The notes: a model not told the origin generated them from the letters alone. A stretch of DNA of 64,000 bases from Vitrella brassicaformis CCMP3155 (GCA_001179505.1 CDMY01000356.1:124001-188000); one strand, 5' to 3'; positions 1 to 13,940 are shown, counted from the stretch's first letter. A program made the numbers and translations.

Positions 1-28
1 CCATCGCTATGGTTTCACGGAATGGTGT

Positions 29-3000
29 ATGGCCTCCTCTCCCGAGATGCAGACAACACCGTTCAGCAACCTCGTCAACCACAATGTCGTTCAGCCGCAG
101 AACCCGCCTCCGCCGCCGCAGCTAAAGGTGCTGCTCAACAGGATCGACGCCAAGACTTTCGAGAGCGGCCACTACTATGATTTGGACGGCAGCAGCAGAC
201 ACAGAGCTTATCGAGCCGCCCGTATCGAGGCAGAAGGCAAGTGGGCGTGGCTGTGTGTGCCTGAGATGCGGCATCGTGCAGGCGTGTCGGTGGCGGTGTG
301 GGACACCAGTGGCGTGCACCTGCTGCACTGGTGGGAGGAGATCGGGGTCGGCGCGAGCGGCGGAAGGTCGACGGACGCCAGCTGTGTGTACCCCATTGTG
401 GTGGACAAGGGAGGTGGGAGGCCGCACAGAACGATGGTGGCCCTCATGGCGAGACCAGGTGGGAGAAGCACGAGAAGAATGCCAACTAAGTGTTTGTATG
501 TATCTGTTGTCGATATGCATGTCTGCCTGTCTGTGTGTTTGATGGGCGCGGTGCAGGTGAGAAGTTGACGGCCTTCTTGACCGAGATCCCCGACAGCCAT
601 CCTGTCTGCGGCACCATCGTCCCCTCGCACGCATCTGCAGTCATCAGCCTGGCGAAAGATGGTGAGCAAGCCAAGCCACCCAAGCCAGCCAGTCAGTGGG
701 TGAAGGGATGCATGTGTGTGTTTCCGTTCAGAGCATGACGTACCTGCCTTCGTGGCTGGAGTGGGCAGCGAGTCCGAGCAGGGGACGGCCACGTTTGTGG
801 TGGCCATGTTGTCGGGCAGGATGGCCACCGTCCGAGTGACCATCGACCCTGACGCGGCCCCTCTGGTGGCCTCACTCCACTTCAGCCACGAGTGGTCGAC
901 GGGCGACAAGATACACGACATATCGGCATCATCGCCGGGGGGCATATACGTGAGCCAACCGCGCCGCCCGCACCACACACTTTGATGCATCCTGTGCGTG
1001 TGTGTGTGCAGGGTTTGGCGTACAGTGCTGCGAGCGCGGCAGCCTCGACGCCCGTCAGGGTGGTCAATTGGGGTCTAAGCAGGCTGTTCAAGACCCCCGG
1101 TCCCATGAGAGATGACGAGCAGAATCAGACGGTCTCACAAGTCGCTGTTACCGCCAGGTCTGAACGAACAAAACGCAACAACGGGCAGTACAGATGCACA
1201 TGTGTTTATGTCTTTGTGTGTTTGTGTGTTTGTGTGTGTCCTGACAGGCATGGGCATGAGGACTTCACCTGCGCTGTTTTGACGTCTAGTAGCATCCAGC
1301 TGTGGCACCACCACTCCCTCACAGGGGCCAAGAAGGTGAGTGAGTGAGTGAGTGAAGTGAGGGACCATGAAGTCAGTGCCCTGACGGATGCACACCATCT
1401 CCCGCCCGCTCATCTCGTTCATCGTCTGCTGTGCCTTTGGTGCGTTCCTGCGTGGATGGATGGATTCAGTTGCTGTGGCGGAGCGAGTGGTGTGCGGGTC
1501 TCCAAGACGACCATCCCCTACTGCTGCCCATAGCAATGGCATTCACACACCCGTACGTTACGTACGTACGGCATCATTAATCACATCACAAAGCGCGCCG
1601 AGACCAAGTTGGTGGAGAGCATCGTATGTATGTATCGTTGTGTGTGTCGTGTCAGGGGTCCACCGTCGATAGTTGTTCTGGCTGTGAGGATCGGAGGCGA
1701 CTGGCAGCGCACTCTCTTGATCCGAACAGTGAGTGAGAGTGAAAGACGAGACAACGAACGCCCTGAACACAACGGTAAGCACCCCAAACCCGTCCTGTGT
1801 TTTGTGTGTTCAGGGTATCTTGTCCAGCACCGGTGTGCAGTGGAGAGAGCCAGTGACGATCGCCGACCTCACGCCACACCCTCTGCCCATCACAAACACC
1901 GACCCCCTCGCCATCATCACCGCGCCCCTCCAGCCGCCCCCGCCCCCCGAGCCTCCGATGAGCCTCCCGCCCCTCCTGGGCCTCTTCCACCTGGCCGCCA
2001 TCGGGACGGCCGGCCGCGTACACGTCACCGCCCCAAGCACAGTGGTCCACGAGGTCGGCGACTATGTCACCTACACGTATCATCTCGCTGACGACCAGAG
2101 TGGGGGGCTGCACGGCCCCCACTTGACCACTCACCCTGCCAACGAGCTGGTTCTGGCGACGGCGGCCATCCAGCAGGACATCTATGTGGTCGGCAAGGGC
2201 ATGGTCGGCCTGCTGCAGGAGCACTCTCTCTACGGCAGGCCACTGGCGGCCATAGACAGAGGGAGAGAAACCAGCAGGGACACAGAGGAGGTGGCCCGCA
2301 GGCACCTTCAGCAGCAGCAGCAGCAGCAGCGTGAGCGTCCGCAGCGGTTCTCCCCCTACTCAGTGCCTGTCCTGCCGGCCAGGGAGACGCCCTCCCCCAC
2401 AATGCCCGCGGCAGCCACCCCCTCGCCCCCGCGCGCACTCGCATCCACGGCAGGGTCGGCTCAGTGCGAGGAGCTCATCTGCTGTGTGCTGCAGGGCATG
2501 ATGGTGCGGCAGCGCGAGATGCGCGGCGAGAGGATGGAGCTGCAGACCACCTGGGGCGCCCCGGAGAGGATCGGTGATGTGGAGATCGCCGTGAGGGGCG
2601 TGGCGGACGTGCTGGCCAATGGGTGGGCGGAGGAGGCGAGGGAGGCCGTCAAGGGGCCGCTCATTCAGCAGGCTGTGGAACACCTGGGAAATGTCGACAC
2701 AGTAGGTGCCTACACACACTTGTGAGCATGTGATGCATCGCATCCAGGGTGGGTTTGTCTGTGTGTCCGCGTGTGTGTGTGGGTGCGTGTGTCAGGTGAA
2801 GAGGGGCCTGTACGATCGGGGTGATTTGCTCCAGGGGCTGGTGCAGGTCTTGAAGGAGACAGGCCTCTTCAACAAACTCTCATCCTCAACAAAGTGAGCG
2901 ACCATCACACAGCACACTAACACCAGATGCTTTTCTGTCTGCACCATCCCTTTCTCTCGCCCTCGTGTGGCATCAGGTTGGAGCTGTCCCGCCATCTAGA

Positions 3001-5449
3001 GCAGCTCTCATTCGCCGTCAAGCTGTGGGACCTGCGAAGCGCCCGCCCCCAGCTCGACACCATCCTCCAACACTCAGGCACATCATCCGACCCCACACGC
3101 CCCTTCCACCGCCTCAAGGCCGTCATCCGGGTGCTGCCCGCCATCGCCACACACCTCACCAACACGGCCGCAACACACGGGCCCTCAATCGAGGCGTACA
3201 CCGAGATCAACATGGTGCTGCACGAGCTGCTGGCATTTGTGCAAGAGAAGAGGGCCACCATCGCCCACCTGCTGGGCCTCGCCAGCGAGCCGGAGAGCGC
3301 CGGCGCCTTCCCTCTCAGCGACGGTTTCCTGGCCCCTCCATGGCTGGTGGAGGGCGATGCGAGGCGGGCGCTCGAGAGGGTCACGGACGTCCACTCACCC
3401 ATGGTGTCCACGCTGCGCCGGGAGGGGGCGGTCACTGCACACGCCCACGGTCGAAGGGAGGCCCTGCAGACGTATCTCATCTCGCTCATGCATCTGAGCG
3501 ACCATGTCCTCAACCTCTTCCGGCAGAGCCCTCAGGCCATCCGCCGCGATGGCGAGAATGCACTGGAGGAGCTGAAGGAGCGGTTCATCCGCCCGTGTGA
3601 GGACCTGGAGGTCGCGCTTGAGGAGGCACTCATGGGTGTCCCGGGTGACTATCCCGTCTTCCACGGCAGCAAGCCGGGCACATGGGGCCTGGCACTCAGA
3701 TACCGCCACACGCGGGCCGTCATCCATCTGTTCGGCCGACGAGACCCCCGCGGCCTGCTCGCGCAGATCCGAGACAGCAGAGAGGATGACCGCGAGAGGC
3801 TGCTGCGGACGGTGGCCTGTGTGTATCCGCAGCTCTTGGAGCAGCTGGTGCTGGAGAGCGAGGTGGGCATGCTCAGGGAGGCCGCCAGCCTTGCCGACAG
3901 TGCTGGAGGTGGGAGCGAGTGGCTGTGGGCGGCGATTGTCAAGCTGCAGGCACTGGAGGCGGCCAAGGAGGACAGCAGGGGCCAGGGATTCTTCGCACAT
4001 AACAGCTGGTACTTTTGCATTAGGGAACTAACTGGATCAAGACGTGTGGCCGCCTTGTCTGTTCTGTGTGTGTCAGGACGGCCCTTGACGAGCAGCCTCT
4101 CGATGAAGAGTACGCTACGCCTGCTTCTTCAGCCAGCCAGCCAGCCAGCCAGACAAATTCTGACCCCTTTCTGTCTGTGCGTGTGTGGCCCTCAGGCTGA
4201 AGGGCCAGCTGACCAGAGGTGAGGACGACACCGTCGCAGGCACCTACATCGAGGCATCGCACAAGGCGCTGGACGAGTGTGCTGCAACCATGGGTGAGTG
4301 AGTGTATGGTATGGCCACACACACACCAAACCAAACACTCCCTTCATTGCACTCGACTCGCGTGTCTGTGTGTGTGCTGTGCTCTCCTGTATGTGTGTGT
4401 CAACTGTCAGTTGATCACGAGGCGTTGGAGGGCGTCTATTGCCTGCAGTCGCTCGCGCTGCCGCCGCACATCGACCAGCATGAGGCTGCGGATGCACTGG
4501 GGTGGAAGATAGAACAACTCACACGGACAAGGCAGTCAAAGGAACAAGCGTACGTAAGACAACACCACACCAACCACCCCCGGGCCGTGTGTGTGCAAAC
4601 CCTCTGTGGCTGGCGTGATGGGTGTATCTGTGTGTGGTTCATTCAGTCCTCCCGCGACCGGCTCTCCTGGTCGTGGTGGTCGTGGTGCGGTGATGGAGGC
4701 CGACCTGCTCAAGGACGCCATTCGGGCCATCCAGGCCGCCGTGCAGAGGGACATCAGGCGCCACACCGACGCACAAGCCGAGATCACGCCAGACTTTGCT
4801 GACCCCAAGTACCAGCCATGTAAGTCAGTCCGACAAACAAAAGCAAAAGACACACGAAGCTGCGATGCGGTGCAAGCAGTGCAGTGGATGGCTGTGTCTT
4901 TGGTCTGTCTGGTGGGCTGGGCGTGTTTCAGATGCTGGCTTTGCGAGGAACCGTATGATCCGGTTGGTGCGTCTGTTGAAGCGCGTCGCCGCCACAGCAG
5001 GGGCTGTCACAAGGGCCGCACTCACGGAGTATTGGCTGTACGTCAATGAGATCGACCGCGAGTACTGGGTCAAGGTCCTCACAGCCCTCTCCCACACACA
5101 GCACCGCTCCATCGGCGATGTCGACCTCAAGCCATTCAAGACACGCCAGTCCATCATCGCATCAGGACACGACATACTCGACGACCAGCAGACAGAGGAA
5201 GAGCGCAGGGAGACCGCCGCGGCCAACTATGCAGCCGACGAGATCACCAAGACGCTCACATACGAGCTGCTGGCCACACATGGGACAGATGCAGTGGGGT
5301 GGGGTGTTGGGCTGGAGGACACTGTGAGGGAGGGTGTGCGGTGCCGTGTGGGGGAGGAGGGGGTGAACCGGCTGTATTACGAGCTGGGGGCGCTGGCGGA
5401 GGCGACTGTGCGGAAGAGTAGGGGGTTCTCGGCGGACACCATTAGCTAA
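29..5449 (+). CDS. Large multi-exon protein, tentatively nucleoporin Nup133-like (N-terminal beta-rich region, C-terminal helical region); may begin upstream of the window
   Basis: Chain of long coding exons (29-, 1814-2717, 2978-, 4931-5449) joined by GT-AG microsatellite introns. Segments EGKWAWLC..VAVWD, GLSRLF and CAVLTSSSIQLW recall Nup133 propeller segments from memory. The frame is open upstream of the ATG at 29. The gene is well supported; the product is weakly supported. Confidence 0.45.
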
Positions 5450-6360
5450 GTAGCGATAGAGTGGGATACATACCGGAAGGAAGACTCATGAGTTGATGAG
5501 GAGACAGACATGTCTGTATGTGCCTACCATGGCTCATGCTTGAAGGTCCGAGCGGGCTGATGGGTGTGGCTGTTTATTGGTCACAGCGCGTCCATGTGCT
5601 GGCGTGCGTGGCGCTTGTGGCTTGTGACGCTTTGGCCTGCCTGCCTGCCTAGCTGTGTGTCACACGTGTGGACGATGGATGGACAGCAAGCGGCCGATCA
5701 GATCAATTGACACATGCGATTGACTCGAAGACGGATCAGCCAGTCAGTCAGTCAGTCAGGCATGCACTGAACACACCACCACACCATCACACCATCAATC
5801 ACACCAGCCACCAATACAGGCAGGAGAGTGTCAGTCAGTCCACGTGCAGATGCATACGTACGGGCATCCCATTTCCCCCCACACGGCCCCATTCATTCAA
5901 AAGAGGGAAGCAAAAAGGCGAAGCAAGGAGAGAGAGTGGTCACCCACACCCATGTCTCTCACACACACCTGTTACCTGTCGTGTGAGCCAGCCTGTATAT
6001 CCATCCGTATGTCTGGATGGGGCAGCAACCATCCATCCCAGCATCAGTCAGTCACAAACAGGGAGGGAGTGGCTCAATCAGGCAGGTAGGCAGGTAACCC
6101 CCCTGTCTACTGGGACCCGTATATATATACGAGCGAGGATCCACCCACCTCCATACACAAACATCACATACCAAAGCACGCCACGACATACATATCAACC
6201 CCCACCTCGCCTCGCCTCGCCTCGCCCCCTCTCACTCAACCAGCCACCAATGCCGCAATCCGACCTACCTTCCTTCCTTCCTCACATCATGGCCTCCCAC
6301 CCCACCCAACACCCTCCCCCCCTCCCCCTCCATCCCTCCCTCCCTCCCCCAATCAATCAC

Positions 6361-9300
6361 TCACGCACCAGTGGCCCTTCCACTAGCACATGCACATGCT
6401 GCGGCAGCAGCGGCACTGGCACTGGCCGTCCCACTCGCTGCTGCTGCAGCAGCTGCAGCTGCAGGGGGTGGGGCAGCCGCAGCAGCAGCAGCAGCCGGTG
6501 GGCTCCTGTCGGTGCGTGCCTTCTTCTGTGGCGGGGGGACAGCCCCCGATGCCCTCCGCCCCTTGCTGTTGCTAGTGGGTGGGTCCTGCATGACGGCGCC
6601 TCTGGCGTTGTTGTTGCGGCGGATGGGTGGGGGGAGGCGGGGGGCGTTGCCGCCGTCCATGGGCTGGTCCTCCTGCACGTCGGTGATGGTGCCGCGGCAG
6701 CCGGGCTGCCCGCACCGGCACGCCATGTCCTCGTAGTGGGGGCCGTAGCTGGTGTTAATTAAGCATTAGCAACAGACAGGACAGAGGGAGTTTCCTTCTC
6801 CCCTGTGTGTGGCGTGTGGGTGAAGTGAGTGCGTGCGTACGTACCTGAAGGTGAGTGCCTCGTTGGCGGCCACGTCGCGGTTGGTGAAGAAACCCAGCAC
6901 TGGCACCGTGTTGGCCATGCTGCCACGGAATACCACCTGCAGGCATCCACGCATCCCATCCATCCATTCCAACCGTTGATCCATCCACTCCACACCACAC
7001 ATCCATGTGTGTCACAGCAAGTGTCAGTTCACCTTGACGTCCATATTGGGTCTGCAGGAGTGGTTGATGAATCGCGAGGCGTTGCCCATGTGCAGCGAGT
7101 CGACGCAGGGGTACTTCCACGAGTCGCTGTTGTCGTCTGGCGTGACCATCTCGAGGACGTAGTTGAGGAGCCCCATGTGTTCGTTGCGCTGCACGCGGCA
7201 CTGGACGTCGCCGTGCGTCACCACCTCACCCACATACTCCAACACGTACTGACCCGAGGGGATCGCCTCCTGACCGACCATCAAACACATGACATTGCAA
7301 TGAGTGAGGGGAGGCATGTGTGTGTTTGCTGGCTGTGGTGGGCTGTGGTGGTACCTGAGCAGCGAGCTCCCACCCCTTGTCCGTCGTCTTGCGGACGGCA
7401 ACGCGGTACTGAATGCCAGGGCTGTAGTGACTGTGAAAAGGAGAACAAGGCACACGAAGGGCGAAGGGTGTTAGTGTTAAGGGCCCGTGTGTCTGTCTTG
7501 TGTGCGTGATGTGATGTGCGTGTGCACTGTTCGTTCGCACCGGTTGGTGCATGTGTTGGGGTCGCACGGGCACTTGGCCGAGCACTCGGCGCAGAACTTG
7601 GAGTAGTCGATCGCCTCCAGATTGCAGCCCAAACACCTCACCGAACCGTCATCAGCACGGTAGCCCTTGCGATTCCTGCACACACCGCACACCAACACAC
7701 CACACCACACACACCAACACAATACACCCTTCGCCCCTCCCTCCATCAATCCATCCCTCCCTCCCGCCCTCGTGTGTTCAAGACTTACACAAAGCGGCTC
7801 TTGTCAGGGTCCTCGTCGGCCCCCTCCGGCGCACACCCGCAGCACACCTCCTCAAACACCATGTCGGGCATCTTGGTGAAGGCCACACACTCGGGGATGT
7901 ATGTGAAGGTGGTCGGGGGCAGCTCGTCGTCCACTGTGTTGATGCACGGCACCGGCAAGGCCTCCCGCCCCTGCGACACGTCAGCACGGGGATCCCAGCC
8001 GGCCAGCGGCAGGTCCATGACGATGGCGACCGTCATGGGTGTGCGGGCGGGCAGGCCGGTGGGCGTCTGGTGGTTGGGGAGGTACGGGTCCACGATGTTG
8101 TCGGCCAGGCCCTCGGTGATCGGGATCAACTCCATGAGCCCGTCCGGATACTTGAGCTGCAGCTGGTACGGATACACGCGGTGGCGCCGCAGCAGGGCCG
8201 CGTGGGGGTCCACACCACCACCACCACCCGCACCCTCCCCACCTCCCTGCCCCTCCCCCTCTCCCCCTCCCCACGCCGACTCGACCTTAGCGAGCCACTG
8301 CAGCGCCTCCGGTGAGTTGTTCCTCCGCGCGAGTGCCCTGAGCTTGCCCAGCAGCTGTGCGAATGTGTCGAGGACGATGAGGGAGACCTTGGCGTTGTGG
8401 TACTTGCCTTTGCCGTCCTTGCGTGGGATGAGGACCTGCAGGTCTCGCTTCTTGACTGGTGCCAGGCCCTTCTGGATCTTGGCGCGTTGGCTGGCGTGGT
8501 TCTGCGCGGTGGAGCGGACCTTGGGGGGAAGCTCGGGGCCGGGGAGGGAGAGGTCGTTGCGGGGAGGGGTGTAGCCCTGCTCCATCGACTCCATCACATA
8601 CTGGATGGGATGGACCACCCACACAACCACACAACCACACAGACACATGACATGCAGATGGACGGATGGAGGGATGAATGAATGCGCAGCATACAGTACA
8701 TGTGTGTGTGTGTGTCTGTGAGTGTGAGTGTGAGTGTGAGTGTGTTTGGCTGGCGTGGCTTACCATCCACACGCGGTTGCGCTTCTGCCCCATGGTCGAG
8801 TACGTGGCCGTGATCTTGTACAGACCGTCGTAGCGGAACCCCCTGCACACACACACACACACAGATGCATAGATGCATGACCCGCCATGTACACAGAGCC
8901 TCCGTTCTTAGTGTTGTGTGTGTGTGTGGGTGCCCCCCTGCTGACTGACGGACCAGTTGGGAGCGAATGCCGATGGCGCCTTGTAGCCGCGGAGGACGCG
9001 TACGGGGAGGTCGTGTGCGTATGACTGCTGGAGGGCCTTGTTGCCCCTACTGCTGAGCTCCTGGTCGTTGCCGCTCTTCTCGCCACCCTCGCCCACGTAG
9101 TACAGCCGCCGACCCAGGTCGACATCGTCATCGTACCCACCATTCACCTGGCACACACACACACACACACACACACACATCGTGCTTTATGTTGAGGGGC
9201 TGTGCAATTAATTGTGTGGTGTTGCTCGCTCACCACAATGGCGTTGCCGACTATCGTGCCATCCTAAGGATGAGAACGGACAACCAACAACACATCGCAC

Positions 9301-9760
9301 CCCACCAGGGTGAGTGAGTTGTCATTCATCCCATTCCCCCTCCATCCCTCCCTCCCTCAGTGAGTGCCCTCCCTCCCAGCTCAGCTGACCGTTTTACCTC
9401 GAGTTTGTCAGTCCCGATGCCATTGATGGGGAGGGGGTGCAGCCCGTTGACGCAGAGGTTGCCGCGGTAGAGGAAAATCTTGCCGGGCGGGATGTCCAGG
9501 TGGGGCGTCCCGACCCGCTGCTTCACCTTGTCCCGGCCCAGCCACTGGTTGCACTCGCCCATCGCATCCATCCCACCCTTGCCCTGCTGCACCTTCTCGT
9601 AGAACTTCTGCTCCAGGAACAGGCTCTTGTCCGCACGGCTGCGGGACCGGTAGAAGGTCTTGTCATTCAGCTGCGCTGTGGTGAACAACGGCGCAGAGCC
9701 ACTGCCACTGCCACTGCCAGCCGCTGCTGATGCTGATGCTGATGCAGCTGCTGCCGCCAT
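6361..9760 (-). CDS. SUVH-type histone H3K9 methyltransferase (SRA/YDG + pre-SET + SET + post-SET), multi-exon
   Basis: SRA motifs IVVNGGYDDDVDLG..YVGEGG, NKAL..S....PVRVLRG and FRYDGLY. Pre-SET DVSQGREALPVPCINTVDDE. SET motifs KGW, YVLEYVGEV, GNASRFINHSCRPN and ALTFRY. Post-SET CRCGQPGCRG. Confidence 0.92.
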
Positions 9761-10096
9761 CGTGACGATACGATGATTTGCTACGCTACGATGCCTCGAT
9801 GGGAGTTACCTGAGAGCCAAGGAGAGAGAGGACAGTCCTGCGTCGATGAATGCTGCGCATTCCCTCCCTCTGTGTGAATTTCTGTGTGCTCCCTCTAAGA
9901 CTTCCTTCGTTCCCTCTCTCCCCCTCCCTTCGTGTGACGAGCTTACCGCTGTAAGACGATTGCCGCTGGAAGCCAGGCAGGCTACCGAGCCTTAGCTTGT
10001 CGCAACTCGGACTCCGTGAAACCCCCCGAATTGTCGTTGGTTTTGCCGTTGAAAAAAAAGCAAGCTGATTCGTGACCTCAGAAGGACTGGACCAGG

Positions 10097-12261
10097 ATGA
10101 GCACGGCCCCGGATTCAGCTGAAGAGCTGACGGCATTGCGGCCCTCCCATGACCCGCATGAGCGTCCAACCAGCGGCAAGGGCAAGCCCCCAGCGCATCC
10201 ACCGCCCTCGGCCAAGGCGAAGCGGCGAGAGGAAAGGCGTTCGAGCCTGCCGGGCATGCAGGCGGCCAAGGCGGGAGACGTCTACGAGTTCGACGCCGCC
10301 ACGCTGCCCGACACGGCCCCCTGTGTGGTGTGCGGCCAGCCGGCTGACGATGTCTGCTCCACGTGCAAGACGACCTTCTAGTAAGTGACGGGACACGCGG
10401 ACGAGCAGAGAAGCCCTGGTGGACAGGACAGGATTGCCTGCTTTGTCAAATGGTCTGCTGTTTGTTTGTGTGTTCAGCTGCTCCCCCGAGTGCCAGATGA
10501 AGGACTGGCCCAATCACAAGAAGATCTGCAAGCCGGTCAGGCAGATCAAGAAGGCACCGGACAAGGCAGAAGAGCCGACACAGCCGACGGCAGAGCAGCC
10601 TCCCACTGTGAGCGAGGAGAGGGAGAGACCGGTCACTCCTATTTCTCCTTCCTCGCCCTTGCCGCCAGCACCGCAACAGCAGCCAACACAGGCATGGCTC
10701 CCTCCCCCCTTCCAGCACCCCACTCAAGCCGCACCGAAGGAGCCGCCCGAGAGGCGATACGCCCCCACGCCCTTCGTCGGTTCAGGGTGTAGCGAGGGAT
10801 GCAGCCGTCAGGCTGCAGACCCACACACCGTCATCTACCCTGTCAAGCAGCAGCAGCCACAGCTACAGCCACAGCCACAGCAGCAGCCGGCAGCAGAGGC
10901 GGCACCAGCCCAGGATGAGAGGGGAGGGGTCTTTGGGACTTGTTCGGTGTGTCGTCGGCCGGCCGACAAGGTCTGTGGTCGGTGTGAGAGCGTCGTGTAC
11001 TGCTCCGCCAGCTGCCAGAAGAAGGACTGGCTCAGCCACCGCAGGCACTGCGAGCGACTCAGACGGAGGCTGAGGCACTCCACCGGCCCCGGGCCGCTGG
11101 GCGAACCCTCATCCGCCACACCAGACGAGGATGATTCCGACGGCCAAGGCATACGCAGGGCATTCCGCGCCCCGTCGTCTCGCCGCATCCCCGCTGCCCG
11201 ATGCATCGTGTGCGGTCGGCACGCAACCACTCTCTGCGGCGGATGCCGCGCGGTGTCCTACTGCGGCCCGACATGCGAGAAGGAGCACTGGCTGACGCAC
11301 CGGCAGGTGTGTCGGGGGTTGCAGGCGCCCCCTCCCTCCCTGCGCCGCACACAAGACTACCCATCCGACGACACAGATGGTGGGGCTGGGGCCGGGCCGC
11401 CACCGACGGCCGAGCGGCAGGTGGCAGAGGGCCAGGGCGGTGTGTGTGGGTGGTGCGGACGGCCTGCTCGGCGGCTGTGTGGAGGTTGTGAGAGGGAGGT
11501 GTACTGTTCCCTCGAGTGCCAATCCCACGACTGGCCGCACCACCGCATCTTCTGCTCCAAGAAACGGCCGTCGAAGCGCAGACCGTCGGAGGGGCGGATG
11601 GGCGTGGCAGTGATGCCCTCTGCCTGCGGGCCGTGTGCCCACTGCGGACGGCTGTGCGACCACTTGTGTGGCGGGTGCAAGGCCGTCTTCTACTGCTCCA
11701 AGGAGTGCCAGCACCGAGACTGGGCCACGCACCGGGCTGTCTGCTCACAAGTGCCCAGGAGGACTGTTGAGCGGCCGACACAGCAGCCAATGGACGTACC
11801 TCTGACCTTCCCGAGGTCACGCAACGACCCTGAGGGCATGGAGTGGTGTCGCGTGTGTGATCGGCCGGCGGAGCTCGTGTGTCCGTTCTGCCAGCGGGTC
11901 TTCTACTGCTCCCCCTGGTGTCAGCACTTGGACCGCCCAAGACACCAGCACGAGTGCTTCCCATCGCTGTCGCCCCAGCGACCCCCACCGATCCCCTTTC
12001 TCCCCTACCCTTCGCAGCAGAGGTCCCCACCGTTTCCCTCTGCCTGGTCGTCATATGGCGGCATTCGGTCGCCAGCCCGGCCCCCATCTCCGTCGGCGGG
12101 CACTGACCTGGCCTCGATGGACCGGCCACCATCACCGCCAATCATGCGGCCCCATCGTAACAGCAACGGCCTGCAGGTCGGGGCGTGCCTACGCGTCCAT
12201 CTCTATGTATTTGTGGTTATTGCCATTCCGTATACATCTACAATTGGTTGGCCTGCCTGTG

Positions 12262-12292
<31 letters not shown>

Positions 12293-12369
12293 AGGGTGAT
12301 AAGCACTGGACAGGACCCCCTCTCAGCTCGCCGCCGGCTGTGTGGGACCATCGCGATGACGAACAGTGA
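10097..12369 (+). CDS. Protein with six MYND-type zinc fingers separated by Pro/Gln-rich linkers
   Basis: Six CxxC..CxxC...YC...CQ...W..H...C units (for example CSVCRRPADKVCGRCESVVYCSASCQKKDWLSHRRHC); three exons. Confidence 0.88.
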
Positions 12370-13320
12370 CAAAAGGATTGTGTCCTTGTTGCTGCATCCA
12401 TGTGTGTGTGGGTGGATGGGAACTCGTTATCTTGGGCTCTGACGAGGTGCTTTGTTTCGACTTTGAGACGTATTTGTGGGTGGGTGGGTGGATGAGTCAG
12501 TCGAGGCTTTCGTGTCTGTCGCGTTTTGCATGACACCACGCCCTGCCTGCGTCCAGGCCAGGCGGATGTGATGATGTGTGTGTATTGATTGACCAATGTT
12601 GGTTGACAAATCATGATTCACTCGACGATATGATGCATCAGTCGGTCGGTCATCAGTCAGTCCACTCACTCACTCACTCATCGGTCTTGTCGGCCAGCAA
12701 GTACAGTCAGTGCACGAATCGCGGCAACTGCCTGTCTGTCTGTCTTGTCTGATGATCCCTGTCTGCCTCTTTGCCTCTCTGCTGCTGCCTGTCTGTCTGT
12801 CTGTCTGTCTGAGGTGAAGAAGGGCTGAGTGGGAGTGCATTCTCCTACTCCCTTCGCACACGCACACGCACATACACACACACACACACACATGGATGAA
12901 ACTCACATGAGCACAACGAACGGAAGACGTGCACCGGGTCCGTTGCAGCCTCGCCCAGCCTGCACCAAAACTGCTCCTACGATGGTATGTCTGCCTGGCG
13001 TGTGTCATCTCCTGCTTTATGTTCAGCGTCGCCAAGCTTGATACGGACCTCTACGGGCAACAGACGTAAGCTCATAGAGGCCTATACCAAGCTGCTGCAT
13101 GACATAAAGCAGGAGACGACCACGCTTCAAGGCCTTGCTCGATTATGTCTTGTCCATCCCCCCTTCCCCCCCCCCAACACAAGGAAAAAACCAACACAAC
13201 CCTCACCAACACAACAGCGAGCATTTAAACGCCCTACACCCAATCTCAGCCCAGCAACTCTTCATCCATCCACACACGCAGGCAATGCACCCATTGACGG
13301 CTTGCCTCCCTCTGCTCCAT

Positions 13321-13940
13321 CTAGGAGTAGAGGAGGAGTGCGGCCATGAGTACGACGACAATGCCGAGGAACTCCAGGAAGCCCATACCGATGAGGGTGT
13401 AGGTGAAGAGGTCCTCCTTGATCGACGGATTGCGCGCCGTGCCGCTCACCAGGGCCGCGAACAGGCTGCCGATACCTTGCGCCACGCCGCCCACTGCCAT
13501 CAGGGCGATGGCCGCACCCAGAGTGGCCACGCCGGCCTCGTGACGCACCTGCAGGGCCGTGCAGCCGCCCGATGGATGGTGGAGGGTCAACGCCAACACC
13601 TTGCTCTGGCTCAGAGGGGTCAGCCCGCCTGCACCAAGGCACACAGAACAGAAAGAACAACATGGTGAGTGAGCGGATGGTTGTTGCCTGTGTGTGGCGT
13701 GTTTCTGTCTGTGTTTGTGACGGTACAGTTGTTGTTGAGGCTGAGTGCCCGTGGCTGTGTGGATGGCTGGGGCTGCGTGAGGGGCTTCTGAAACATCGGG
13801 GACGTTGAGAACTTACGGCACACCAGCGTGTGACTGATACACACACACATCCACACACAACCACAGCACAGATGCAGAGGGAGACAGAGACCTCCTTCAT
13901 CGCTGCCTGATCTGGTGGCCGTCTGTATTGCTTACGCCAT
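13321..13940 (-). CDS. ATP9: Mitochondrial ATP synthase F0 subunit c, nucleus-encoded with presequence
   Basis: ATLGAAIALMAVGGVAQGIGSLFAALVSGTARNPSIKEDLFTYTLIGMGFLEFLGIVVVLMAALLLYS, with RNP loop and conserved Glu. Spliced start ATG GC|gtaagc...cag|T CAC gives MAHTLVCRKFSTSPMF. Confidence 0.95.

Noticed and set aside
12987-13349. Exon-like segment (RRKLIEAYTKLLHDIKQE) in the convergent spacer
   Set aside because: No consistent start or linked exons could be built; possibly a relic, but unsupported.
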